Part shown: positions 1 to 11,955 of the stretch, piece by piece | How the letters are laid out: every line of letters begins with the position of its first letter | Position numbering within the stretch: position 1 is the first letter of the stretch | Assembly (NCBI RefSeq): GCF_021028975.2 | Contig: NC_059438.1 | Coordinates: forward strand, 21,204,001 to 21,268,000 | Length of the DNA: 64,000 nucleotides | Direction: 5' to 3' | Source: Sphaerodactylus townsendi | Taxonomy: Eukaryota | Notes under the pieces: model-generated | Databases searched by the model: none | What the model saw: only the letters and a program-made list of their open reading frames with translations | Told to the model about the DNA's origin: nothing | Made by a program: the position numbers and the translations under genes

Positions 1-499
1 GAAATTCTGCTCCTGGGAGACAGTGGACCCTGGGAATAGTGTGAGGGGAGAGTTGGAGGTCTGATTGGAAGAGGGGAAATGGGCAGAAATCCTTTCCATA
101 CACAGAAAGGCTGGCAGGATCCAGACCACTACTTGTTATAATCTTTTGGGTATCCAGTGGAGTAACCACTTGTTTGTTACTCCCTTGAAAGTCTTTCCTT
201 TCAACTTTAATGCAATCCACATAGACTTGTGACTTTTGTCTGGTTTTCCTCCAGGGACCTGCAGTGCCCCAGGTGGGTACATCCAGTTCAGATGCAAGTC
301 CTTGCTGTGGTGAAGTCATTCTTGAAGAAATGAAGACTGTCTGGTTTCTATTTCCCCCTGAGGTTATTCTGAATTCGATTAAAACACAGACCACAATTCA
401 TTATGAATTTTGGATTTGCAAACCAGTGTTTGGTCCAGTTTGGCACACAATTGAACAACAGATTGTGATCTGTGCTTGAGAAGAATGGTTCACATAACT

Positions 500-623
500 C
501 AGGGGTGTCCAACTCTGGCGCCCCAGATGTTCAGGAACTACAATTCCCATTAGTCAGTGCCAGCATGGCCAATTGGGAATCGTAGTCCATGAACTTGTGG
601 GGTGCCAGAGTTGGACACCCTTG
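500..623. mobile_element. Palindromic hAT-type MITE (TIR caggggtgtccaactctggc)
   Basis: 8-bp TSD acataact (492-499 / 624-631); shared core, internally deleted. Confidence 0.85.
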
Positions 624-2510
624 ACATAACTGGTTTGCTGTGGCCAAAGGTCATATATTTTTTCTCAAGTTGCCTATTTCAGGGATAGTGGAGGTAGTAA
701 TTGGATTCTCGGATGTTTGAGGTGGGGGTAAGGATTTCATCGTTCTGGAATATTTTTCAGAACCTTGCTCAATTTTTTTGTAAGTCTTTCAGTTAAAAGC
801 AAGATTTGAAAATTGTGCTGACAAATCCCAGCACCCACGGAGTTTAATGCAAGATTAGAAGCCAAAAATCTCCCTTGCTGCTACAGTGGACATTAACTCA
901 TTTGTCTTCTGCTGCAATGTTACAATCCCCTTTCCAGTAAAGCAACCCCAACATTTAGTTCCCAGCACGACTTTGGGTGAGGAGGAATGCCAGCTCAAGT
1001 GATCAGAAGACTGTGTGCAACTTCACAAATTTCCTTGTTCAGGCGTAATGTTGCTCCATGTGCCAAGGCAAAGAGAAAATATATCACTATAATCTTTGTT
1101 TAAACTCTTGAGTTCTCTGTTAAGGCATTATGCACACTTAAAGTGCCATGACACCCACAGGCACCAGTATAGGGACTCCGATATTGGACTTACAAAAAAT
1201 TGAGCAAGGTGCTGAAAAATGTTTCAGAACGATGAAACCGTCACCCCCACCCTAAACATCAGAGAGGCCAGTGACTGTTGCCACTATACCTGAAATAGGC
1301 AACTTGGCTAGCTGCATATACAGCAGGCTAGCAGTAGGCTAACTGCATATACAACATTTGCAGGTTTCTGCATTTCTGTTCTCCGTTAGAAATGAGACGA
1401 TGATCCTAGGAAAATAATTACATTCAGTGTAATTATTTTCTGCTTTACGAATTTGCTCCCGTATGAAGGCTTTACTCGCTTGATCAAAACGGCCAGCTTT
1501 TTCCCAAGAGCCTTTGTGCCCTGTCTTGCAGGCACCTGGAGGGGAGCGACGTTGGTTGATTTATCAGTCCAGTACTTCACATGCTGTGATGTTGTCTGGG
1601 CTGATGAAAGGACCTGCGTAACAGTAGATGGGAGATCTGATTTCAGTTTTTTTTTACCAGCAACAGCTTCTTTGGGGAGCCGTTAATGGACATTCTTTCA
1701 TTCTCAGCATCAACAGGCTGCTGTTTCTTGCACGATATTACCTTTGATGAAGCAAATGACCCTGGTTTGCTAGATTATAACTGTGTGGTTATAACCGGTA
1801 AACACATCTTTGTGTCTGTTTTTTTCTCCTTCTGTTTTTTTATGCCTGATGCTGCAACAGGTCTCTATGCCTATTACTTTTTCTTGGAAAAGTTCTCATC
1901 TCAAAGTCAAACATGCCGACAATGGAGAAGATAATTACCCACCTGCAGTCATGTCCTTGTTTTTCCTTTTATGACCACTGTTTGTTTGGTCGTGGTGGAA
2001 AGAGAGAGCTTGACGATGCACAGTTTGTTGTGCAAACTGCCAAAAGTATCTCCGAAGCCTGAGATACGGGCTTTGTAAACCAAGCACATACTCTTGGCTT
2101 GCTGCTCCATATGGTTTGTGGTCTCTGCTGGCATCTGACATCTGTCCTTGGAAGGGCCCATAGGTCAGTGGCAGAGCACGTGTACAAAGATAACTGGCAT
2201 ATCAAGCTACAACATTTTGGGCAGTGTGGTTGGGAAAGAATTCTGAGATCTTGGGGACCTGCTGAAAGAGTAGATGACTGGACCAGGTGGTATGACTGGA
2301 TACAGGTCGGCTTTAAATTGTATACACACTTACATACCTATCTACCTACCTACCTACCTTTCAGTGCCTCCTGAAAATCTCCATGGAGGGAACTCACCTC
2401 TTCAGGGAACCCATTCCACAGAGCCAGAACCATGGTAGGAAAGGCCCAGTCTTTGGTCAATGAGAGGGTGGCCACTTTAAGTGGTGGGATAGCCAACAGA
2501 AAGATGACTG

Positions 2511-2634
2511 GAGTGCTACGTGGTTTCCGGCCTGTATGGCCGTGTTCTAGCAGCATATTCTGCTAGAACACGGCCATACAGCCCGGAAACCACGCAGCAC
2601 TCCAGTGATTCCGGCTGTGAAAGCCTTTGACAAT
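2511..2634. mobile_element. Penelope-like element remnant with inverted terminal structure
   Basis: 47-bp-arm hairpin plus tail gattccggctgtgaaagcctttgacaat; 13-bp TSD agaaagatgactg. Confidence 0.7.
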
Positions 2635-2821
2635 AGAAAGATGACTGATGACTCTCTCTGACACACAAGGACATTCACTTCATGTTCATTAGGTTTGATG
2701 TAAATGTTGCCTATTAGATTTTGTTCTTTATCTTCTCCTCTGGGTTGGTTGGTTAGTTGAAGATTGAAACATGTGTCCAGGTCACAGAGAGAGTCCTAGG
2801 GCAAATCATTTTGAGCTTTGT

Positions 2822-3093
2822 AGAAGAAGAGTTTGGATTTATAACCCCCTTTCTCTCCTGTAAGGAGACTCAAAGGGACTTACAGGTCCTTTCCCCTCCT
2901 CTCCCTACAAGAGATACCTTGTGAAGTAGGTGGGGGCTGAGAGAGATCTGAGAGAACTACTAGCCCAAGGTCATTCAGCAAGAATGTAGGACCAGGGAAA
3001 CAAATCTGGTTCCCCAGATAAGACTCCACCGCTCCTGTGGAGGAGTGGGGAATCAAACCCAGTCCACCTGCTCTTAACCACTACACTATGCTA
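2822..3093 (-). mobile_element. Squam3-like tRNA/CORE SINE
   Basis: Reverse complement of the 30908 copy; (CTT)n tail. Confidence 0.8.
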
Positions 3094-5167
3094 GAATGAA
3101 AAGAATAATGAATTACTTTGCTGTTCAAACTATACAAATATTGTCCTTCGACTTTTAAGGTTCCTTTCATACAGGCTGTTTAAGCCCATTTTGACTTTGG
3201 AAGGTAAATTGTGTGTGTTTTTTAAAAAAAAGTTTTACACACCTTTTAATCTAAGTTTCCTAAGCTATTTAGAACTTTTGTTTTGTTTTGTTTTATGATT
3301 CTTGGCTTTTATTCCTTACATGGGAGTAAAAAGAATATGTTTTCCTTCAGAAGCCAAAACAGGTTTAAAGAGCATGAATGAAAGGGACCGAAATCAGATA
3401 AAGGCTAGGCAGAACGAACTGTGTTGGTCTACTATCCATTCCGGACTCTAGTAAAATATGGTTTGCAGCTGAGGATGCTAGAATGACTTTTGTAGTCCAA
3501 AGACAGATACTTACAAGCAAAAGATTCTGTTCTGATTTCTTATTTTTGTTCTATTGATCTTCTCCATCCCACCCCACCCCACCCACACACACACTTCAAC
3601 ATGGAGATTTACTTTTTGCAGAGATTAGAGCAACCAACATGGTACTTTTGCAAAAATGAATCAACTCCTCCAGGTCCTAGACCTAGACAAAGAAATGACT
3701 AAAACTCGTCTTAGTTGTAACCTCAGCAGGATATATTCTTTCTTTTTTTTCCCAGGCAGGTGGCTTAATTAAATCAAGGCATGGATACGTACAGTACAGC
3801 AGGTGAAACCTCCAGTAGCATAAACAGATCAATAAACTGATTTGTGTTTGCTGACCAGAAGAGATTTCTAATTACCAGTGCTCTGTACTCCCCCGTTTTT
3901 GATGGTGCTGGAGTAATTAGAAGAGTAAAAAAAATCCAATTCCCTCTTGTGGGGGAGTTTGTTTCTGTTTAGCTCCACTTAGCTGGCCTGGTAATGCTGA
4001 CTCGTCTTTGGAGGCAGAATGTGGTAATTTATTTCCAGTTGTCTATTTTGGAACTTACTTTCTTAGTTCAAGAGCTGAGCTTTCTGACTTTGAGAGTGGA
4101 GGGTGCTTAATGCTTTCTGTAGGAGTTACATTTACAATTACAGAGTATAACATAGACTTGAAATAACGAATCTTTTTCAAGATTAATATATATTTTTTGC
4201 AACCAGTCCCGATTTGCCACCTACATATTGAATAAATACTAGTATTTTGGCTTTAAAAGAGAATCTTTGATCTGTTTAGATGACACTTAACAATTCTGAA
4301 TAGCAAGTTTCTCCTTAGCATGGTTTGGAAAGATGCTATACCAATTGGATTCTGAGTATAGTGTGTATCATGACATTACCCAGAACTGTTCTGCAGAGGA
4401 GAAAGTGGTCTGAGTCATGATCCAGCAAACTTCTTTAGATGTTCGGAAGGGCTCGTTCTTACCAGTGGTGTGTTTGACTCTTTCTCATCCAGCAGCATTA
4501 ATTAATTTTAAAATGACTGATTGTGATTAGCTCCCATTGGAAACAATTAGGAATGGGGCCCTTTTGGGGAGTCCATAACTTTGGATCTCCTGAACCAAAC
4601 TTCACCAGACTTGGGTGGTATCATCAGGAGAGTCTCCTGAAGATACCCTGAAATTTTGGTTCCACTAGCTTAAAACATGCACCCCCTACAGGCCGGAAAC
4701 GGGAAAAATAACTAAAAAATTACCCAAAAATGCGAACGAACCCAGGTAAACCAAATCAAGGATTTGGCTGATTCAGCTATACTGATAATTTTACAGCCAA
4801 ATGAAGCTGAACCCGAATTTTACCAAATTTTTTCAGTATTGCTCAAGCTTAATTGTGATATAGCATTGTGTGGCTTCTATCTTCATTTAGTTTCTTGCAT
4901 GCTTCTCTGAATTCTGACCCCTAATCCTTTCTCTCTTATGGCCAGTTGATATATATTCAGGAGATTCAGTGACAGTTTTCCTGGACTGTCTGTACCATTG
5001 GATTGTACCCTATCTGAAGTTTCTTACAGCACACAAACCTAGAATGCCAGGCTTAGTCTACTCTTCTTACTGGCTTGCTGCTATTCTCTGTGCAGTTGGG
5101 GTGTTTTGTTTGCTGGTTTATAGGCGTTTAGCTTGCAACAGCTCTGGCCCACCTGCCTGATGTAGTA

Positions 5168-5465
5168 GCTAGCGTGGTATAGTGCTTAAGAGAAGGTGGA
5201 TTGTAATCTGGAGAACCGGATTTGATTCCCCACTCCTCCACATGAGCGGCAGACTTATCTGGTGAACTGGATTTTTTCCACTCCTACACATGAAGCCTGC
5301 TGGGTGACCTTGGGCTAGTCACAGTTTGTTCAGAACTCTCTCAGCCCCACCTACCTCACAAGGTGCCTGTTGTGGGAAGAGGAAGAGAAAGGAGTTTATA
5401 AGCCACCTGGAGGCTCCCTATAGGGAGGAAAAGTGGGTCTAAATATAAACTCTTCAAACTCTTCT
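5168..5465 (+). mobile_element. Squam3-like SINE
   Basis: A-box gtggtatagtg, B-box-like tttgattcccc, CORE gggtgaccttgggctagtcac. Confidence 0.8.
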
Positions 5466-7412
5466 ACAATCCAGACTATGTTTTTACTAGGTGATTCGGG
5501 TAAATTTGTCAGCTGGTTCTTAGCAAAACTGCAGGGCTCAATATGGATTTGCAAGTCCTATCATGCAGAAATTGAGCCTCCATAATGGGTTGACAGATTA
5601 ATTGATCTATTTTATGAAATCGTGTAAATCAATAAGCAGCAAGGTAGTTTTGGAGGAAGTGGTAAAGGACCAAGGTTTTTTGTGTCTACAATAAGGGAAA
5701 AAGGGACAGAAGATCTGTGTCTTCTACACGATAGAGCAGTTTTGTTTACATGGTGGCCCTTTAAGACATTCACCCCACTGAGCAATGATTGAGAACTCAA
5801 CTAGATGATATGTCTGACCCAAGCCAAGTCAGTAGGGCCCCAACTGGACTCACGTTAGACGTAGTATAAGACAGCTGACAGTCTCATGTGATGTGGGACT
5901 GGATTTGGCTTACAAGCATCGCACGGAAGGAAGAGGGGCTTCAGCTTTCCCTCCTGAGCCTTTTTTCTGAGTGGAAACAACTGTGGAGGGGGATCCTCCT
6001 TGCTCCATTTGTTCTGACTGCAGAACCTGGAGCTCTGGCCAAGACAAACAATCTTCCTGTGGCTTGGAAAACTGTGTGGGAGGAAAAGCCAAAGCCCTTC
6101 CTCCCCCCATGCCTGTGAGCTTCATCCACCCCTGCAGTGCTTGGGAATGTTAAGTTCCTGACGTTTCATGCGTGCAAGTTGAGCCGAGGTTCGCCTGACC
6201 TGATTCGTGCCTTCCTTATCATAAGAACATAAGAACGAGCCTGCTGGATCAGACCAGAGTCCACCTAGTCCAGCACTCTGCTAAATCCTCTAGTTGAGCC
6301 TTCAGACCAATGGCCTGGGCAAAAGAGGCTTTAAAAACCTCCGCTAAGCTTGCTTAACTTAACAAAAGAGTAGGCCTTTCAAAATGATTTTATGGTGGTC
6401 TAGATATGGATCTTTTGGAATTCCTCACTTTTCAGGTCAGGACTGTGGAATAAGCGCTTCAAAGGAAGGCTGTTGTTTTAATAGGATCTCTGGAATTGGC
6501 ATCAGTGGCAACTAAACACCACGAAATCTTTTAATCTGTTTTAAGATTGATACAGAGATGGTTAACACTGCAAAGTAAGTAGCTGTGGAATATAAGCTTT
6601 CAGATGTGAGTGCTGTATAAGGTGTATTTCTTCTACTGGCTCTTGGAGAATTGGTGCTTTTTAATCTTGTGTCTTGTCTCTGTGGACGGCTTTCCCAACC
6701 AGTCTCCCAAAACGCTTTTGGGGCCAATTCACAACACTCTTAGCAGAAGGTTGGTAGATGCTTCCTGTTCTTCTCTCTGGGACTCTTGGATTCAGGAATC
6801 ATGCAAATGGTGTTAACTGCATAGTTCCTTCTCGCCCAATTGTATCCAGACTGAAGAAGGAGGCAATATTTGGGTGGAAGAGAAACATGCAGTTATCTTA
6901 ACCTGCACGATCCCTGTGTCCCGGTGGTCACACAGCACTGGTGGCAGAGGTCATGGTGATGAAGTGCTCCAGCTCCATTGCCAGACAAGTGTGAACTGGG
7001 CCTTAGGCATGTGTAGCCGAGCTTGTAATTGTGGGTGAGCGTAACTGTCAGAGTTCAGTTTGGGAACATATTGACCCATGGGCTACCTCTGATAATTGTG
7101 GCTTTGTCTGGGAGAGATTGGGTAGGGAGATCCGGAATCCTGCCAAGAACACAAATCAAATTTGTGCCATTTTTTAATGTGACTTCTTTCCATTCTCCTC
7201 CAGAAAGGTGGGAATGAAGGGACGGCATGGGCACGAAAAGGGTTTTGTTGGGTCCTTCACTTATTTCCTGAGCTAGTACTATGGGAATTCTTGTACGCTT
7301 CAAACAAATAGCTTTGTCCACTCATTGCTGCTCTTGGCCATCGTGCCTTTATTAATTCTTCCAAATAAATCATTGAACTTTCCTCTCTTACCTGTGTCCC
7401 TTGAATTTTCAG

Positions 7413-7730
7413 CCGTGGCCAAGCGTGTCCAATCTGGCGAAGGATTTCATCGACCGCCTGCTGACAGTGGACCCTGGTGACCGGCTGACGGCCCTCCAAG
7501 CCTTAAAGCACCCCTGGGTGGTCAGCATGGCTGCTTCCTCTTCCATGAAGAACCTGCACCGTTCCATCTCTCAGAACCTCCTCAAGAGGGCATCATCTCG
7601 TTGCCAGAGCACCAAGTCGGCCCAGTCCACCCGCTCCAGCCGGTCTACCAAATCCAACAAGTCTCGGCGTGTGCGGGAGCGGGAGCTGCGGGAGCTGAAC
7701 TTGCGCTACCAACAGCAGTACAACGGCTGA
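7413..7730 (+). CDS. PSKH1: Serine/threonine kinase H1, last coding exon (rest of gene lies upstream of the window)
   Basis: Acceptor ttttcag at 7406-7412, then [72 protein letters not shown]...[13 protein letters not shown], nearly identical to the recalled human PSKH1 C-terminus. Confidence 0.97.
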   Translation, partial: PWPSVSNLAKDFIDRLLTVDPGDRLTALQALKHPWVVSMAASSSMKNLHRSISQNLLKRASSRCQSTKSAQSTRSSRSTKSNKSRRVRERELRELNLRYQQQYNG

Positions 7731-9071
7731 CCGTTTCACAGGAGGTTGCCGGGATTTTTATGTTTTATCAAATGTGTCATGTGCTGTGTCTGTTAAGCAG
7801 GAGGAGCCCTAGACACCCGCCGGCTTTCCACTTCCCTCTCCCAAAGAGCAGCCTCCATGGCCACGCTCCTGCCTCAAAGGAACTGGGTCTTTCGGAACCC
7901 TGCAGTATCCTCGCTGCTGCCAGAAGGAAGCCCACCTCACCTGTGTCAGTCACAGTGTCTTTTCCCCCATATGGGACAAATGGAAAAGTCCCCTTCTTGG
8001 ACAGGCCTTGGAAGAAGCCCAAAGCTCATTGCCAGAAATCCTGAAGCCACACAGAGAGGAGAGAGCCTGTCCTCGACCGAGGATTCTTGCTGCTTCTAAC
8101 TATTTATTGATTCCAAATGGTTAAAAACCAGCATTGGTTGCCAATGGGGTCTGGTGGATGACTGACTGGTTTATGGTCTCTCTCAAGTCAGGGTCCAAAG
8201 AGTTCCCTGTATATGAGGGTTCTAGGTATCTCTCTGTGCTCAGAGTTGCCCTTTTTGTTTTCTTCTAGCTGCAGCCACTCACACTGTGTTGAATGGTGTT
8301 GCAGAAGTTGCCATAATATCAGGGGGGAAGTGCACAGGACTGTGGTAGGGATGGAACTTGGGGGCTGAAAATCCAGGTATCCTCTTGAAACTGTTTGTGC
8401 ACAGCCTTATAGTCCTGGCCTGTGTTTCTAAGCATCACGGTTTACTGCTTTCCAGTCACCTCACAGTAAAATGGGGGCCACCCCCTTTTTGAGATCACCT
8501 GGGGAGAGTCAAAGACTCCTCTGCTGTTTTTGCCCTGGCACATCGTGGGCCAAAGAAACTGATATCCTTTAACCACACCAGTCTTAATTGGGTAGAAAGG
8601 GATGCGTTTTGTCTCTCCCTCTTTCCCCCTATGCATTTTACAGCATTTATGTCAGTCTCTGTTTTATTGTCCCATTCAATGCTGGGTGGGATGAATGTGA
8701 AGCAAAATGCAGTCCTGTCTCCAGGTCTGACTCACCTGAAGCCGTGTGTGTGACTCAGTCACCTCACTGCAAGAGACAGAAGAAGCCCACCCACCCCCAG
8801 TCACAATGAAGGCATGAAAAATATATTCTTTTCACTAAAGGCTTGTGTTGAACACATGAGGTGCTTCACATATCTCCTGTTCCCACCTCTACAGTTGGGC
8901 TATTGGGGTGCTGACAGCGGACCTTGGGAATCTCATGGTTTAAAGGGTCCCCAGAATAATCCATGCAACTACTCCCTCCCCTCCCCATTGATTATAACCC
9001 CTTGGTTTTAACACACATAATCAGCCATGGGTGGCTTATGGCAGGGATGTCTTTTGAACCAAGTAACATGG

Positions 9072-9275
9072 ATGGCCCAGGCTCTCCCAATCTTGTCAGG
9101 TCATGGAAGCTAAACTAGGTTGACTCTTGTTAGTACATGGATGGAAGACCTCCAAGGAAGTCCAGGGTTGCTGTGTGGAGGGAGTCAGTGGCTAACCACT
9201 TCGGTTTGTCTCTTGCCTTGAAGAAACTCAGGAGGGTTGCTGCAAGTCAGTTTCAACTTGATGGCGCTTTCCACA
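9072..9275 (+). mobile_element. 5S rRNA-derived SINE (5S-Sauria-like)
   Basis: Head resembles 5S (cccaatcttgtc...ggaagctaa...ttagtac.tggatgg.agacc) plus an RTE-like tail; relatives at about 26318-26478 and 33247-33446. Confidence 0.7.
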
Positions 9276-10904
9276 TGCAGTATGAAACAATCCAGATGGG
9301 TTCCAGTGCGGAAACCTTGCCCCATAACATAGCAGCAAATCTCACCTTCATGTAAGAAAAAGTTACATTCTGTCCTCAGGCATAATAATTGGTTAGACCT
9401 CCAGCATGATGCAAAACTCACGCACTGTTCCCTTCCCTGCCCCATGGACTTAAACATTTGTTCCACCTTAAGGAACAACTGAGCATCTCCTGGCTTTGTG
9501 CTCATACCTGCAGAGTTCAGTGAGTGGCATTGGTGGTCTTAGTTGGAGCTCTCTGCCTTACTTCCGACGGACTGCAACAACACCATTTCTCAAACCAGTT
9601 TGCCTATAGCTGTTCTGCTACATAGGTTGTGGTAGTAGGGGCCTTATACTTGAACGCTGTTAAGTTGTACTATTGCTGACCAAGACTCTTCCTGTTGCGT
9701 TGCACAGTGACTCAGCAGAAAGTCTTGGGAGAGTGCCTGGCGGAAGCCTCTGGGGTTAGCTCCTCTATGCTCCCAATATGCATTGTTCTCCATGAAAGTG
9801 AGACGGGTGTGCAGGTCTAGCTGTGGTTTGGGGATTCTCCATTAGCAAATAGGCATGTAAAAAGGGCTTTGCGTTCTTGTGTTCAAAGAAAGTTTTAGTG
9901 TTCTGATACAATGGGACTGCTTCATCTCCTTAGTGTGGCAACAGGGTCGGAGGCGCATTGTGCCAAAACTGGTAAGCCAGGGTGACATCTAGTGGTTCAG
10001 GATACACTTGCTCTTTTGTGTAGACAGGCTGTTATTCAGCTTCAAGTCTTGCAACATGATTGAAGGTTTGTTTGCAACTAGAGGTGTAGCGTTGTTTGTT
10101 GTCCACCTCTAGGGTCACACTGGCCTTCTGGGTCGCATACATGGCACATGTATGTGACTGCTTCTGAAGGTACCAGGGTATTTTTGTTTTCCTGGCTTTT
10201 CTTTCCTTCCTGCTGATTCTGGTGAGGATGCCAGCTTAGTGAAAGACTGCCCCCTCTGTGCCAAAGCTGTTGCCTCTGGAGGTTAGTTTTTCCTACCCAG
10301 GAATTGTGAGGCCAGGCTCTACAATATCATCATTCCCCTGTGTGAATTAAGCAGCGCTCTCACATGGTGGGGTTGGCTCATGCTAATCTGGATATCCACA
10401 CCTGATTTATTATGTATGTGTTTGCTAAAGCAGGTGACAAGTGTCAACGCATGGGTTCATCCCTGGCCGGCTTTTGAGATTGGCCACAGCTTCCACTATC
10501 CCATCCCCCACCCCCCGGCGATCTTGTAAAGACATTGGAACTTAGCAATACTGTGTGAAACTCTCCTCAGATCGTGGCATGTGAAATCTGCTTGGTCCAT
10601 GGGGAACGGGACGGGAGCCCATGTCATTTCAGAGAATGGCTCAGATGCTACTTTGCTACTAAGCAGGAAATCCAGAGATGCCATGGACGATATGGAACGT
10701 GGCTGAGGTACAGCCACTGACCCCGTTGTGCTGCTGTTGTGGGGTTTGTCTCTCCTGGGTTTGTGGCTGGGACAGCCACAGCCTCTCCATACTTCTCTGC
10801 TGCTCCCCAGAGTTGGGCTGGTGCCTTGAAGCATCATTGTGGGTGCCTTGAAGCCTTAATGTCATCTGGTGGGGATGGGGAAGAGGAACTTATTCTGGCA
10901 TCTT

Positions 10905-11095
10905 ATTCTGGCCATGGCTAAGTGGTGGAGCATCTCCTTAGCATGCAGAAGGCCCCCAAGATTCAATCCCTGTCATTTGTGGTTGAAAAGGTCAGGCTGC
11001 AGGTGATGTGAAAGAGACCCTGGAGAGCCATTGCCTATCTGAGTAGGCAACACTGGCCCTTGGTGGTCTGATTCAGTATAAGGCAGCTTCCTATG
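10905..11095 (+). mobile_element. tRNA-derived SINE with a CR1-like tail
   Basis: ggctaagtggtggagcat...ttcaatccc...ggtctgattcagtataaggcagcttcctatg; relatives at about 18185-18390, 22620-22820 (-), 24760-24950 (-), 52055-52170 and 60515-60700 (-). Confidence 0.65.
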
Positions 11096-11189
11096 AGGGT
11101 AGCTTGGAGCCGGATATGTGTGCAAATGTCTATCAAACACCTTCTTCATAAGGCCTTGGGTACTTTGGAGCCTGCTCTTGCGGGACCAA

Positions 11190-11340
11190 AGCCCCTTCCG
11201 CACATGCAGAATAATGCACTTTCAAGCCCCTTTCACAATTGTTTGCTAGTGGATTTTACTATTCCACACAGTAAAATCCAGCTGCAAAGTGCATTGAAAG
11301 TGGGTTGAAAGTGCATTATTCTGCATGTGCGGAAGAGGCC
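11190..11340. mobile_element. PIF/Harbinger-type palindromic MITE
   Basis: TIR gccccttccgcacatgcagaataatgcactttcaa, 3-bp TSD caa. Confidence 0.8.
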
Positions 11341-11495
11341 CAAGTCCATTTTCCTATGGAATAAAGCTTTCTTCCTTGATGACCTGGATGTGTGTCTACT
11401 TGAGGGAACCTTGAACTGTGTCCTTTTCATGCTAGCTTCCTGTTGCAGGATTCCCACAAGGAGTAACCTCTACCCTCCCACCTCCATCTCTTGTG

Positions 11496-11955
11496 CAGGG
11501 GTCCCTAACCTTTTTCAGCCTGTGGACAACTTGTAAGTTCTGACATAAGGTGCTGGATACAACCACGAAAGGGCCACTGTGGGAGGCAGAGCCAACCCCC
11601 AAATGGCCACTGCTGGAGGTCACAGCACACACACAGAGAACCCAACTACAGGGGACCAGAAGAACAATTTTTTTAAAAAATGCATTAGCAAAGAGGAGCA
11701 AGAGAATTAACACACACTGTGGTGGCAGCTTGTGCCAAAACAACGTTATTTTAATATGGACGTCCAATCAGATTCCCCATCTAAAGCCCAGCTGGGCTGT
11801 TTGCCCCTCCTGGCCTTCCCCACTTTCTAAAAACACTGGGTTGAGTCAAGAAAAGATGACAATGGGTGTCATGAGCCTCTTGTGGGGGGTGGTATATAAA
11901 TGAAACATACAATAAACAATACAGTGGGACCATGGGTGCCACATTGAGACCCCTG
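11496..11955. mobile_element. Older non-autonomous hAT element in the PSKH1 3' region
   Basis: Termini caggggtc...gacccctg, TSD ctcttgtg/cccttgtg. Confidence 0.7.

Noticed and set aside
1596-1645. TGATGA...CTGA resembling a C/D box snoRNA
   Set aside because: The boxes are only ~35 nt apart, with no convincing terminal stem or recognisable guide.
9072-9160. 5S rRNA gene
   Set aside because: Heavily diverged, truncated and fused to a SINE body; three dispersed copies, so SINE heads.
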